From Takakia lepidozioides (lineage: Eukaryota > Plantae > Bryophyta), in NCBI GenBank assembly GCA_030704615.1, contig CM060733.1, forward strand, positions 49,786,001 through 49,850,000: 64,000 bases of DNA, written 5' to 3'. The notes beneath the pieces were generated by a model. That model saw nothing but the letters and a program-made list of their open reading frames with translations, was not told the DNA's origin and made no database searches. This document shows, piece by piece, positions 11,419 through 23,071 of this stretch (within the stretch, counting starts at the first letter, position 1; every line of letters starts with the position of its first letter). The position numbers and the translations under genes are program-made.

Positions 11419-12680
11419 GCTGTAATCAAACTTGGTTTGTCATCAGCAAATCAAGTCGGGATCTCAATCAGGTCTCAGAACAGAAATTCTCTGTGCTCCA
11501 GTGGCTCTGAGTCACAGTTATTTAAAATCAAGGGTCACAGCAATGCTCAATCCCAGCCTCACCAGCTTGTGAAGACCGTTGAATTGTTGTGTCCAGGTTG
11601 TAGTGATTGATTCCTCATAGTTTAGAATTGCACACCCTACATGTAAACGGTGAAGTGTGCAGTTTCAGATTCTATCAATGTCTGAGCAAGCTCCATGCAT
11701 GTACACATTTTTTATATAGCACCCCATTCTCATTGGCGCCATGTGGAGGCATGTTGTTTACTGCACATGCTATGGCTAGATTCGTTGTCTTGGATTCAAG
11801 TAGTCCAGTCCGGATTTATTATAGTTTCTTTCTTTACTGACATGAACAAATCATGGGGTGCAAGCCAAACTATCACTTGTTCCTGGGTTTTTGAAAGTGT
11901 GACCACACTTTATCAGCTGGCAGCTGAGAATCAGCTAATCATTCGAGATTGCGTCTTCTGTCATGCTCATACCTCTTCTCTCCTGACCATTTCTTATTTT
12001 GTGTACAGGAGGATTTAGTTGATGCACAATGAGTCTTTGGCAGCTATCTTATAAATATGAGGCACACTCACAATGATAGATTCACATCAGCAGACCAATT
12101 AGGTGGTCTGCCTACAAAAGCCATCACCTGTCAACAAGTTTGAAATCACCAACTGCAAATGGATGTGCTCATTTGTACATTTGTCGAAGAATGAATAAGA
12201 ATGATTACTGAGGCTATAGGCCTGTCGCTGCTATACACACCAAAGCCACAATTTCAAGTGCAATGGACACTCGGGGCTTGGAAGCATGAACATGTCCCGT
12301 GTTACCACCACACCTACCACTGCATGGTTAGAACTGCACCTTCAGCAAGTCCTCCCCAGCTTTTAATCCCAAGTCTAGATAGTGGATCTTCCAAACCACA
12401 AATTTAAGAACCTCGAGCTCAACTCAAGTCGCAAATCAGTGATGCCAATCAAGGGTTCATTGTCTGTTGTTGTGTCCCAAGCGTCATTGAAGGGAATGCA
12501 GAGATTCATTGCCACGTTGACACCCAGCTTCTCATCACCAACGCTCGTATGCAACCTCTCTCCGTCCATCCCTGGTGGGCCGTACTGTACTTTACACGAA
12601 AGTCACACCAGATTAGCATCATCACCACCTAGCATAGTCACAACAACCTCAAGCTTTGAACCAATAGTAGTAGAAACTGT

Positions 12681-15600
12681 TCAAGGAGCGTTTTTCAAAA
12701 TTCCCCGGGCCAAGTCTGTCTTTAATGATTCACACAATTTTTTCCTGCTGCAAAGCAACGGTTACATACATTAAACTATACAAACAACCCGAATCCAACG
12801 AGACAGTGTAGTGATACAAGGTGCCGAAAACAAGAAGCAGATGGAACACCATGTGCTGAATGCACATGAAAGTGACATCTACCTCCACAGTTGCCAATGT
12901 AGCAGGCTCGGTGCGAACCGCACTTGAGCAGTGCCATGCTATCTCAAAGTTCTCATCCCAAAGAGTGAAGTCAAGCATGAAGACACCCCTCAGCTCTCCA
13001 GAAAAGAATTCCGAGCGCCATGGTAAGCTCAACATTCCCGGAAAAACTGTATGCTGCATGATCACAATGCCAGTACATCTTAAAATAGTTGGAACAACTC
13101 AAATTATTCACACAACGTAACGCAAAGATGTATCATTTTGACTTGATGAAGAATGAAATGTATTGTGTGTCCAGGCTGAAGGCCTATGGGACCAAAGGGC
13201 GCTTAGAAAGCTACATGGAGTTGACACAGAGAAGCTTTATCATGTCACAGGAATGCCTAAGGGTCACACAACACAGGGCGAAGGGGGTGGACGGGGAGGA
13301 GTATTACTCCAGTCAGCTTACCAAAGAGAGGAGCAGGAACACAGCTCTCTCGCCTGATATAGATTCCCGAGGATTCCAGAAGACCTGCACATATGTGTGA
13401 AATTTAACCATGATAAAAAGACCACCCACATGTGACTTTCCGTTGCCCATGACAAGCAAACTCTGAGGCTACATTCTCTCATTTTTTCTTGAGCAGGTGC
13501 ACAGACTGAAGAAATGCATATTTGTGACGAATTGGAAGGTTGGCAACAGCACGGGCCTTAGGAATGCAACAAATAGTATACCTGATGGAAAGATTGACTC
13601 CAGAAGCACTTTCCAAATGTGTGCAACTGGATACTCGCATTCCAGCCATGTAATCCTACAAAAAAAAGCATATCAGCTGATGACACGTTGCTGATGGCTG
13701 AAGTTACCCATCCCTACCTGGCAGTACCCTCAATTGTGATTGGGTGCAATTACCAGTTGGCACACAATCATTAATACTGGGCTATTTAAGGCAGTGAGTC
13801 TTGCCGACATTCTGCATTAAATTGATAGCTTTCTGGTCAAGAATACTGTAGACATGTGCCTTCTCTATGTTGAAAATATTGACAGCCTTAGAAGCCAATT
13901 CATACCATAACTTGGATCAGCATTGGAATGGACAACTCGACGAGCTATCTGAGGTGTTGGGCCTTGTCCAAGCTCCATCAATTTCCAGATGAGATCACTG
14001 AGGTGGAGGCTTGCAATCAATAGAAGAGCCTGTCCAACAAATATTAAAAGACACTACCATTACTTAACCCTCTCCTGGATACAAACAGATTTTCAGGCAT
14101 CATTCACATTGTAATTGAAAACGTGCATAGAAGGAAGACGAATCACGTACTTGATTTGTCAATGGACATGTTATGCTAGTGGAGTCCCTAATTGTCTCCT
14201 TGTAATGAAGGGATTCATGCAAGCAAAGCAGCTTAGTCCTGGATGCTTGTTGGACATTAACATGCTCACCTTTGAGTAATTAATTCACACATGCAAGATG
14301 CACAGAAAGTAAGCAGGCACCTCATCGAACGAGAGGAGCATACCTGCTCCTGGCAATAGTCCGAGGTATTGGCACCATCGGTACCATGTAACCCTTCAAT
14401 CAACGTGCCTATCATCAGTGATGCACCACTTTCTGGGCATTGCTGCAGCAGCCGCAGAGGTCCTGGGCTAGCACTAGCCTTTGACACCATCTCCCAGTTG
14501 TGCTCAGTCTGCTCTGCTTGTCAAGGAACACCCACAAAAAGGACAAAAGATGCCGACTGATCATAACTTTAAGACTGCCTCCTTGATTGTTACAAGATGG
14601 TCCCCTAGACATTTGGCAGACCCTAGGTAACCAATTTGGCAGCATGTAGCCCCCAGCACCTTCTGGGCACACTGTCCATTAAAGCTTTCAACATAGGCCA
14701 TGACTGGACTTGAACCCAGACCTACCATGTGGTGGGCCTAGTGCACTGACCCCAGGGCAATCTGTCCAAAGCTGAAGAGAAAGCTTGCGCATCTGACCAC
14801 TGTATGCATGCCAAGTAAAAATTGCGAATTGTGACCCGAGGTGCCAGGGCTCAATCACCACACTGTGCTAAGGTAAGATGCTGTGATAAAACCCTTCTTC
14901 AACCAACAGCATCCAGCTCTAGTACATTTGATAGAGGAGACTATTCTATTACAAGTCAGCAAGAAGCTGTGATCTCTTTCACAAATGGGACCGAGAAAAT
15001 TAAACCTCTAGGAGAGGGGATACAAAATTGGCAACAGTGCATGTCCTTAAGAGCCTGTCACTTGTGGCAGTCACCTGCACCATCCAGAGATATACCATCC
15101 AGTGAACAATCCACTCCTCCAGTTCAACTGCAATCCCCAAGCCCCCCATTTTTCCTTCCACCTTGTATAGCCACAAGGGATCTCACCTTCTCTGTTGATT
15201 GTAATAAACTCTCTCGAAATCCTGAACTAATTGTTCATATCAAGGTAAGTCCCACTACTGGAGGAAGCCCCTCACAGAGGTAGTATCTGTCCCGTCCAAA
15301 CTGGGTGCTGGGTCTATGGCCGCAAGGCTACGCCAAACAGCGTCTTATGAGTACATTCTAAAATTCCCTCTTGATAGCAAAAAATAGTGGTTAATATAAT
15401 TTCTTTTTACCATACCTTAACAGCTATCAATGATTTTAGGCTAAGGCCACCATTATTGGACTTGATAGGATACCGTAGCAGGCAAGATGCTGGAAAGTAT
15501 ACAACTGCCCCCTTGCCTGCCAAAGAACCAAACTGCTCTGTTTGTCAAAACTGTTTCAACCTGATACACAAAAAATGTCACATCAATAGAAACATGTAAA

Positions 15601-18600
15601 ACAAGCAAATCGTATAACGTATGAGTGAGTATCATTTGATTGACTATTGAAGTTGTAACTAATCTAATTAATTCATATGAAAAGAAAGGGGAAAGCTCCT
15701 ACTATTGACATACAAAGCTGAAATACGCCTCATCTCCAGAATAAGCTTTTACTTTGTACAAAAGCAGCAATACTATGCTAGCACCATTGAGCCAGAAAGG
15801 GTAAAAGGACCTTTTAGCCTGAGAGGCTGATCGCGATTAACACACAAATGAAATGTCAGCCCCAACCGCTCCACAAGCCTCCGCATCGCATCGCCTGTCG
15901 CAATATCTTTTACTGCACAATCCCACAGAGGCACCCCTATTCAGGCCACATGACAATCAATCCTACATACACCATTCTCACATAAGATGATCTCTAGGCC
16001 CAGCAAAAGGAGTAAAGTGTATGTGTGCAAATATTGTGATCCCTCCACATGTTTACTTACCTCCTGGACCGAGATGTTTTGCACTGTGTGATGACATGCA
16101 CAAACCAGAAGTTTTCGCTGGATCGGAAGAACTAACAGATATCATGTTACAATTTTGTGATGTATGATAAGTGTTCATGAATCTTTATGATGATGAAGGA
16201 TGTACATTGTTGTAATGAAATCATTCTATGTCTGAGCTCCATGACTTCATGGGATAAACAGTGGTAGACCACTCACCGCGCTTGCCATGTCTGTCAGGCA
16301 TACGACGAACATGCAGCCAGCCTTTCTTCACAGCATGTCCTGTCTCTTCTGATAGAACTTTCCGTTTCTGCATGCGATAAATAACCAACAGCCCCATTCA
16401 ATCAGACCAAATCTTATCCTCGCTTTGCTGACAAGCTCTCAAGAACTTACGGGTGGCTTATTTCCTTACACTTAAAAGATTGAGTTGGTACAGTTGCATA
16501 TCTTCAAAATATTTGCTGGAGCTTTCTCATGACAAATGTGTCAGGAAGACTCCTACCAGGAGTGAAGGTCCCTACACTAGTGACCACCAGGAAAGACCTT
16601 GCTGAAGTGTGTCCTGGTTGTCTAGATTGTGCAGAGACATCCAATCTGAAAGGGATAATAAAAATCCAGAGCCTCAAACTCACTCCTTCCTTATATTTGG
16701 CGATGAACGCCTGCCGCCACGAGTCAAAACCAAGAGGCAACATGGCCAGCAACTCTCCTTGGTCGTCAGAGACATTTTCTGCTTGCAGTGGTCGCCACCA
16801 CCTTTGGTACAAAGATTTCCAAACCTACACCCAACCTATCCTGCATCTTCAGATGAGAGAGATGACCAAAAGAGCAAGATCAATGACGATCTCTCACAAC
16901 AGTCAACTATAAGTATCAAATCATTCTTTATTTCACATTGCTCACAGGTATCACAGCCCAGAATGAACTGTTGAGTTTGATCAACTCTAAACCTCTAGCA
17001 GTTCCTTACAGTTTTTGAAGTGTGCCTGAAGGCTAGCATTCTTCGTACAGCACCACAGCAACAAGAGATTCTCCAAGGAATTTACCTTGAAAATCCGGGC
17101 AAGATAATGAAAAAAGGGGGTAGAAGACCTCCCAAAAGCACAGGAGGGAGGAGTGGAGCCGTGCAGGATGAGCATCAGCACGGAGCCTAAAAGAGAGTAA
17201 AGCAATGAGCTGAGAGGAGTAGAATGTGCTAGTCCGAAGAGCTGCAAACAGGGATGAACGAGCTAGATTAGAAATTGAAGTCTAGCTGAACTGGAGCTTT
17301 GACTTGAAATTAGCATCCTTGGAGCGCAGGTGCCGCCAGTTGCGGTCTCCTTCTTCACCCCCAGCAGGGGTCTTGCCAATGGTCGGCCCTGGATCTCACC
17401 ATCGCACAGTGTTGGATGTACGGGTGCAGAGCAGGTCGCTCTTGCCCTAGGTGAGATCAAAGTCCTGGAGGAGTTGGGTCAGAGCCCACTTGCTTTGGAA
17501 TATCTGGAAATCCAGATGCAAATTCAAGTATCAGGGGACACCCTCCAGCATCAGAACTACACTGTTTAATATAAAATTTGGTCTTTTACTGAGGGGAGAA
17601 AGGCTTGGGTGGTATTGTGTGCAGCTGTTTCCAAGATGACAACTGTATCCTTCCAAGTCCACTCCGCCGGGTCGAATTGCAGTCCCTGTAGAGGGTGCCT
17701 GAGAAACCAGAGGAAGGAAGTGCTGCTAACCCAGTGCATGAGATCACCAACAGGGGGTTGAGGGTTGCAAACCCCATCCCCATCAATGACCCTAATTGGG
17801 ATCCAGGTGAGGACATTGGTTTCAAGCTGCCCAATGTAACTCAGCATACCAGTGTTAGCCACATGAAACTCTAGCCCAGAAGCGAGATCACCATTCAGAT
17901 ATAGCACCAACATGACTCTTGGTGTGCTATGATTGCCGTCTGCCAACCAGATTGGAGTACTGTGTTGGTTGCTGCTCTCTCTCAGCAGAGCCAGGATGTA
18001 TTCCGGGATCTGTTGGTTGATGGTGTCCCAATACTTGGCACGTCTGGATCCCACCAACGAAGAAACCTCTTGAGCCCAGATAAACTCCCCATTCTCCCAG
18101 ATGTTTCCCAAGTGAGTGAAGCCTTTACCTTCCCAGTGCGCCCATCTGGGTTTGAGTTGAATGAGGCTTGCAGATTCGAGGTTATGGTTCCCAAATAATG
18201 GTTGTCTCAGGCATTCAGCCTTGCTTTGTGGCCTGCGCAGGGTTAGGTGTCCTCTTAGGAGTGTCCACGCTTTCCAGATTGACTGCCATGCAGGTGAGCC
18301 CAGGGCATACTTCATAGTTTTCCCTCGAACAATCCATCGCAGGGATGGGGTCCAGAGCTTGGATGAGCTCAGTATGGAGCTGGTAAGATATGGCTGCACC
18401 AGCCTGCTCCATGGTGAGAGATTATGAGTGAGAGCTCGAGGAACCCATTTAGCCAGCAAGGCTGCAATTTGTTTACCTGGATCCAGCAGACCCAAGCCAC
18501 CATTCTTCTTGGGTTGACATAGTTGATCCCAGGAAAGCAGAGCCTGCCTGATGGGGGCATCCTTGGTGGCTCCCCACAGAAAATTCTTAACCAGAGACTT

Positions 18601-21600
18601 GATCTGCTGTACCAGCTTAGATTCAGGGGCCCACACTGCTGCGAAGAACCAGATGGAAGATAGGAGGATTTGATTGACAACCAGTGCCCTTCCTGCCACC
18701 GAGAGCATCGCAGAGCTCCAAAAAGCTAGTTTTGTTTGTTTTGCTTGAATTGTCCAGCAGCAATGTCCTGTCATCTGCATACATCGAGACCTTGACCATA
18801 TTCTGGTTGTGCGTGTGGGGGGGTGGGAGATGAAGGCCCACCACTTCCTTTTCAGCTTCCAACAGGTGACCAAGGCTGTCGGCAGCAATCCCTCCGATTG
18901 CCCCTGGCCCCTTTCCTCAATCTGCTGTGTGCTATTTCCCCAATAACTAGACCCCTGGGCTTTTCGCTCAGCCTCGAGATTTTCGAAGTTGGTAAACAGA
19001 GGTACAGGAACAAATCCCTTGACGGATTTGAGGAGGGTGTCTCTCTGGTGAGAGAACCCAGGACAATGAATCAGAACGTGGATATTGTCTTCACGTTGGC
19101 CTCAGAAGGGGCATTTGCAATTCCCCTTTCCTCTCTGAGTCTATTTACTGTTCAAAGGCAGGCTTGCCGCCCTTCATTTAAATTTCAGTCTAGTTCAGGG
19201 ATGCTTTGATCTCTATCGCCACTCCGGCGCTCTTGCACCAGGCTACAAACATCCCGTAAAGCATACACCCAGACACCTCACGCGCTCCATCAGGATACAA
19301 CACCGGAAAGCTTACATACAGACAGACAAACTGCAGCAGTAAAAAATAGCAGCAATGTGAGCTTTTGATAAGTAGAGCACGCGCATGAGGTAGCACATGC
19401 CCCGTGGAAGAAGCTCTACGGTTGTCTGGCCGCTGCCAACCATTTTCATGGGGAGGCGTTTTCTCTAGGCACCATGTACAGAGAGAGTCCCACACAAAGA
19501 ATCTCTAATCTGCATAGTGCCTGCAAGCAATGTGCAACGCAGTCATGTACCATCCTCTATCACAAACAGTGGAAGATTGTAACTTCGGCACATCCCCTAA
19601 ATCCAAAGCCAGGTCTAAGAAGCAACTCAATGTAACGATAATACACCTACGAAGAAAGGTCATTGCGACGCAGGACTCTCATCGCAGAACACAAACATGC
19701 ATTTCCATCAAGAGGTCAGACAGGAAGAGTCCCGAACTGCTTTTACCACTTCCGGAGTAAGACGATTTGAGCTCCAGACTAAGCCTGGGTAAAAATGAGT
19801 CAATTGCCTTCAGAATCAAAGAACTGTGACACGACATGAAAGACAGCTAAAGCTTCAAAGGATACCTCGAAGAATTTGGTGAAGGAAAGAGGACAAGTCT
19901 GTAGTCGAAGAGAGGTTGCAGATACTTTATATACTGGCGGTGGAACTAGCAGCAGAACTGTTTTTGGAGTTTATAGCTAGGGTTAGGGTTAGGGCGTAAC
20001 GCTTTCAATGCAAGGAGCGATTCGGGAGAGAGAGAGAGAGCACATTACTGCCGACAGATTCATTGAAGACGGGTGACAAGATTTCTGAGGCTGACTTGTT
20101 GCGACCATCTCCGTATATCCTGTTACCGGTCTAGGACAGGAATGGAGGAAATTTTGATATAGTAGTTCCCGGAACTACCTGGTACTACTCGGAACCTGCT
20201 CCCGGATTCAAAGTATTTCAGCACATCAGAGAGTACAAGGACTGCGTTGTTGATGCCTTGCGAGACCCATAGAAGTTGCAGTCTGGAATGTTGGCACTCA
20301 GAAATTGGGAGAGGGACGGTGGTAAGATCTAGAGAAGGTTATGGACATTTTTTACTCTCTTTCGACCCCAATTTAGTTGAAGCGTTGACGTCTCTTCGTC
20401 AAGAGCTTAGACGCGTGTACCCCTGGTCTGTCAAGAACATCAATGCAAGACAAAGAGAATAGCAAAGAGTTTGCAATCTCTCAATACTACCAAGACCATC
20501 CTCAACATAAGCTAAGGTCCCTTCAGTGGCCGGTAGCAAAGCTTTTTTCCCAGCCCCGAACCCAGATCGATGAAATGCATAGCAGGGCCTCAGAAATGAG
20601 GCTGGAAATTAGTTCAGATTCCTTGCTCAGACAGAATGCTTACAATCAGTGTCAAAAACAAAGGAAGAGCACAAATCTGTATGTTACCGAGTCTGAAAGA
20701 GAAGCTTCCCTCCATTGACGGCAAACTGCTGCACATGCAACAACATGATACACCGACTCAAGCTTTCCCACCAAAAGGCAGAGTGAATCCAATGGTAGAT
20801 CTGCAGCATCTGCTTTCACCTCCTTCTCGTTTGTGGCTCTCAGAGCACTTTTTCTCACCGGAACAGCTGCTCCCTCCCCTTGTCTTTGGGTGTTCTTGCC
20901 CAATGCAGAGACTGGCCTGGTCTTGCCACTCATTGATTCCTTTTTCATTGTCTTTCTGACAAGTGAGCTGATTGTGGGGCTGCCAGTAACTGATGCCCTC
21001 CTCACAGACTTCTTGAGAGCAGTTGAAGTGCCGCCACTGCAGTTTGTTTCCTGACTTGTTGAAGTACTCTTATTTCTGGTGACAAATGAAGACAAGGCAT
21101 CTCCACCAATTGTAAGAACCAACTTACGTTGTTCACCACTAGACCCTTTCCTCTTTGTTCATTCTTCAAACTTCACAAGTAATAATAGCTGAGTCCAATG
21201 ATCCAGATCATAAGCCTCGTCGGGAACTCTAGATGTATTTCCAGTTGGTGCACAGTTCGTTCATTCTGTATCCAGTCCATATTGCCCAACATGGTAAAGC
21301 GGGTCAGTCACGAAGCATTCATATAGCTCACGAATTTGCTTGAAGATATTGATTCATTCTCTGAGGAAGGTAAGTTCTCGCTGTTCCAGTGCGATGCCCT
21401 GATCCAGATTCATTAACAACATTCTTGTGAGGATTGGATCAGTAGGATTCGGTATTGCCTACTTGTCTGCAATTCGAACGAGAAAATCCTGAGATTTTTT
21501 AACATGTACTCTTGTTCGGCATTTCAGAAGAGGGGTTTGTGTGTGACCCACATTCCTTGTCGTGTCAAGAGCAACAATTCCGACAAAGCTGGAACAATAC

Positions 21601-21872
21601 ATCCAAAAGCACTGATTTCCTCGAGCAGTCGAAAACCCCATTCATGCTTAGTTTCCCCACTGGCCGTCCGACATAATGCAACATATAGAAGCTAAAGGCA
21701 GACGAAGTAGGATCAAAATGAGTTACTTTGCAATCTCGCGCCCAGCCGTAGTCGTGCCCGGAAGATTGTCATCGAGGGCGCTCAAATTGAACACATCACC
21801 CAAAGAGGATCCGGTGAGTGCAGTACTGGGCCTGCTTGACCTCGCCCCACGCTGCTGCCCTCCTCGATTCAT
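12681..21872 (-). CDS. Multi-exon F-box protein, FBXO15-like
   Basis: F-box DLPLDSLCLLVGKL...VVACAAVCRQWREASLSDS (exon ending 20688) spliced to VWKSLYQRWW...SWRQAFIAKY (~16680-16826). C-terminal exons read IASLHLSDLIWK...NADPSY-GLHGWNASIQLH and FPGMLSLPWRSEFFSGELRGVFMLDFTLWDENFEIAWHCSSAV, resembling animal FBXO15 as recalled. ATG at 21872, TGA at 12681-12683. Some internal exon boundaries are approximate. Confidence 0.75.
14696..14760 (-). mobile_element. Degenerate tRNA-derived SINE head
   Basis: Minus strand has a B-box GGTTCAAGTCC with a decayed A-box region upstream. Confidence 0.35.
15225..15360 (+). mobile_element. 3'-terminal fragment of the RTE-X-like LINE
   Basis: Matches 9990-10130 and ends gtcttatgagtacattcta. 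Confidence 0.85.
16990..18890 (-). mobile_element. 5'-truncated, decayed L1-clade LINE in an F-box gene intron
   Basis: VKVSMYADD; LSVAGRALVVNQILLS; SWDQLCQPKKNGGLGL; homologous to the L1 at 42805-49874. The 3' boundary is approximate. Confidence 0.85.
18918..19200 (-). mobile_element. Internal (C-terminal coding) fragment of the RTE-X-like LINE abutting the L1
   Basis: Reverse complement matches 9660-9945 (actagactgaaatttaaa...ctcgaggctgagc...cacacagcagattga). Confidence 0.85.
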
Positions 21873-23071
21873 GCTTTAACGCTCTTGGTTCATCTCTCCC
21901 CGACACACACCCAAATCGCATAGATTGCCATGTGTGCGCAACAATCTAGTAACTGGTTGGACAAGGATATCACTGCGCTCTCTACTGGTGCATCAATTGC
22001 GCGCACCCACAAACAGAAAAGGATCGATCGACGTCCTACTGTTCAACATACAATTTGAAAATTGAAAACAAAGTGGGGGTGCAAGCAAGCAACAGCATGG
22101 GGAAGAGGATGATTATGTGGAGCGGGCATGGCAGTTGTGGTGCAGGCTACCTTCTTCTTGGCCTCGCCTTTTCCAAAAACAGGATCTGAAGTCCTCAGGA
22201 ATCCTGAAACCCCTCGACCCAGTGAACCCAGATGAGTTAGGATGAGAGCCACAGTTGCGCAACAGTTTTTTGCTTTTGTTTCAAGATATGAGTCCCTGTT
22301 ACACCTCTCCCAGATAATGCCTCCTCTGAAGACACCTTCCTTGGAAAACCCCACTTGTAGTGAAATCCCAATTTGACAAATTTGGGCAATGTGACTCACA
22401 CAATCTCTGTGAGTGGATGGTTTTCTTTTTCTTCTTTTTTTCTTTTTTCTGGGGTGAGGGTGCCCACAACCAATATCAAGGACTTACCTGAAGCTTGCAA
22501 GGAAAACTGACCTGGAATTGCATGAAAAACGCAATTGTGGACTGCATATTCTTTCTTTATTATAATTACAGATAATGGAAACCCTTGGGTAATAACGGAC
22601 TTGAACCGCTGACTCTCTCGGTTTACAAAGCCTGCCAATTCCTGAGGAGGGATCAAGGAGATGGAGAAATGTCTCCATATCTGAAGGATTGAAATGCGCA
22701 TAGAATTCTGTAAACTGGTCATAATGCTCCTTCAGGAAGTCGGTGGGTACAAGTAAGTTGCAACCAGATTTCGATTACTTCAATATATCTATGGGCAGGT
22801 GTTTCAATCCTGCTCCTTTAACGGAAGAAGAAGATATCCTCCTTTGACATATCTGTGAAGCATCCTTAAGACGCGACCTTTTCCAGAAGTGTTATGGTTC
22901 AGGCAGGTTTGATCAAACAAGGCTGAAGGATTTACTTGGTGTCAAGATTACACCCCCTTGTGCGCTCCAACGTACCGTTAGACTTAGACTCGCAAAATTT
23001 GGGTGGCGTGGCTTAGATTCGTGACCATCCCCAACAAACGCATAGTCCTACCTCAAGCTTTGTGCAGCTCC

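Noticed and set aside
20652-21122. Stand-alone F-box gene
   Set aside because: The donor at 20687 splices in frame to VWKSLY at ~16826, so it is an exon of the FBXO15-like gene.
22043-22722. Short ORFs between the F-box gene and HDA2
   Set aside because: No recognisable motifs or consistent exon chain; treated as intergenic.
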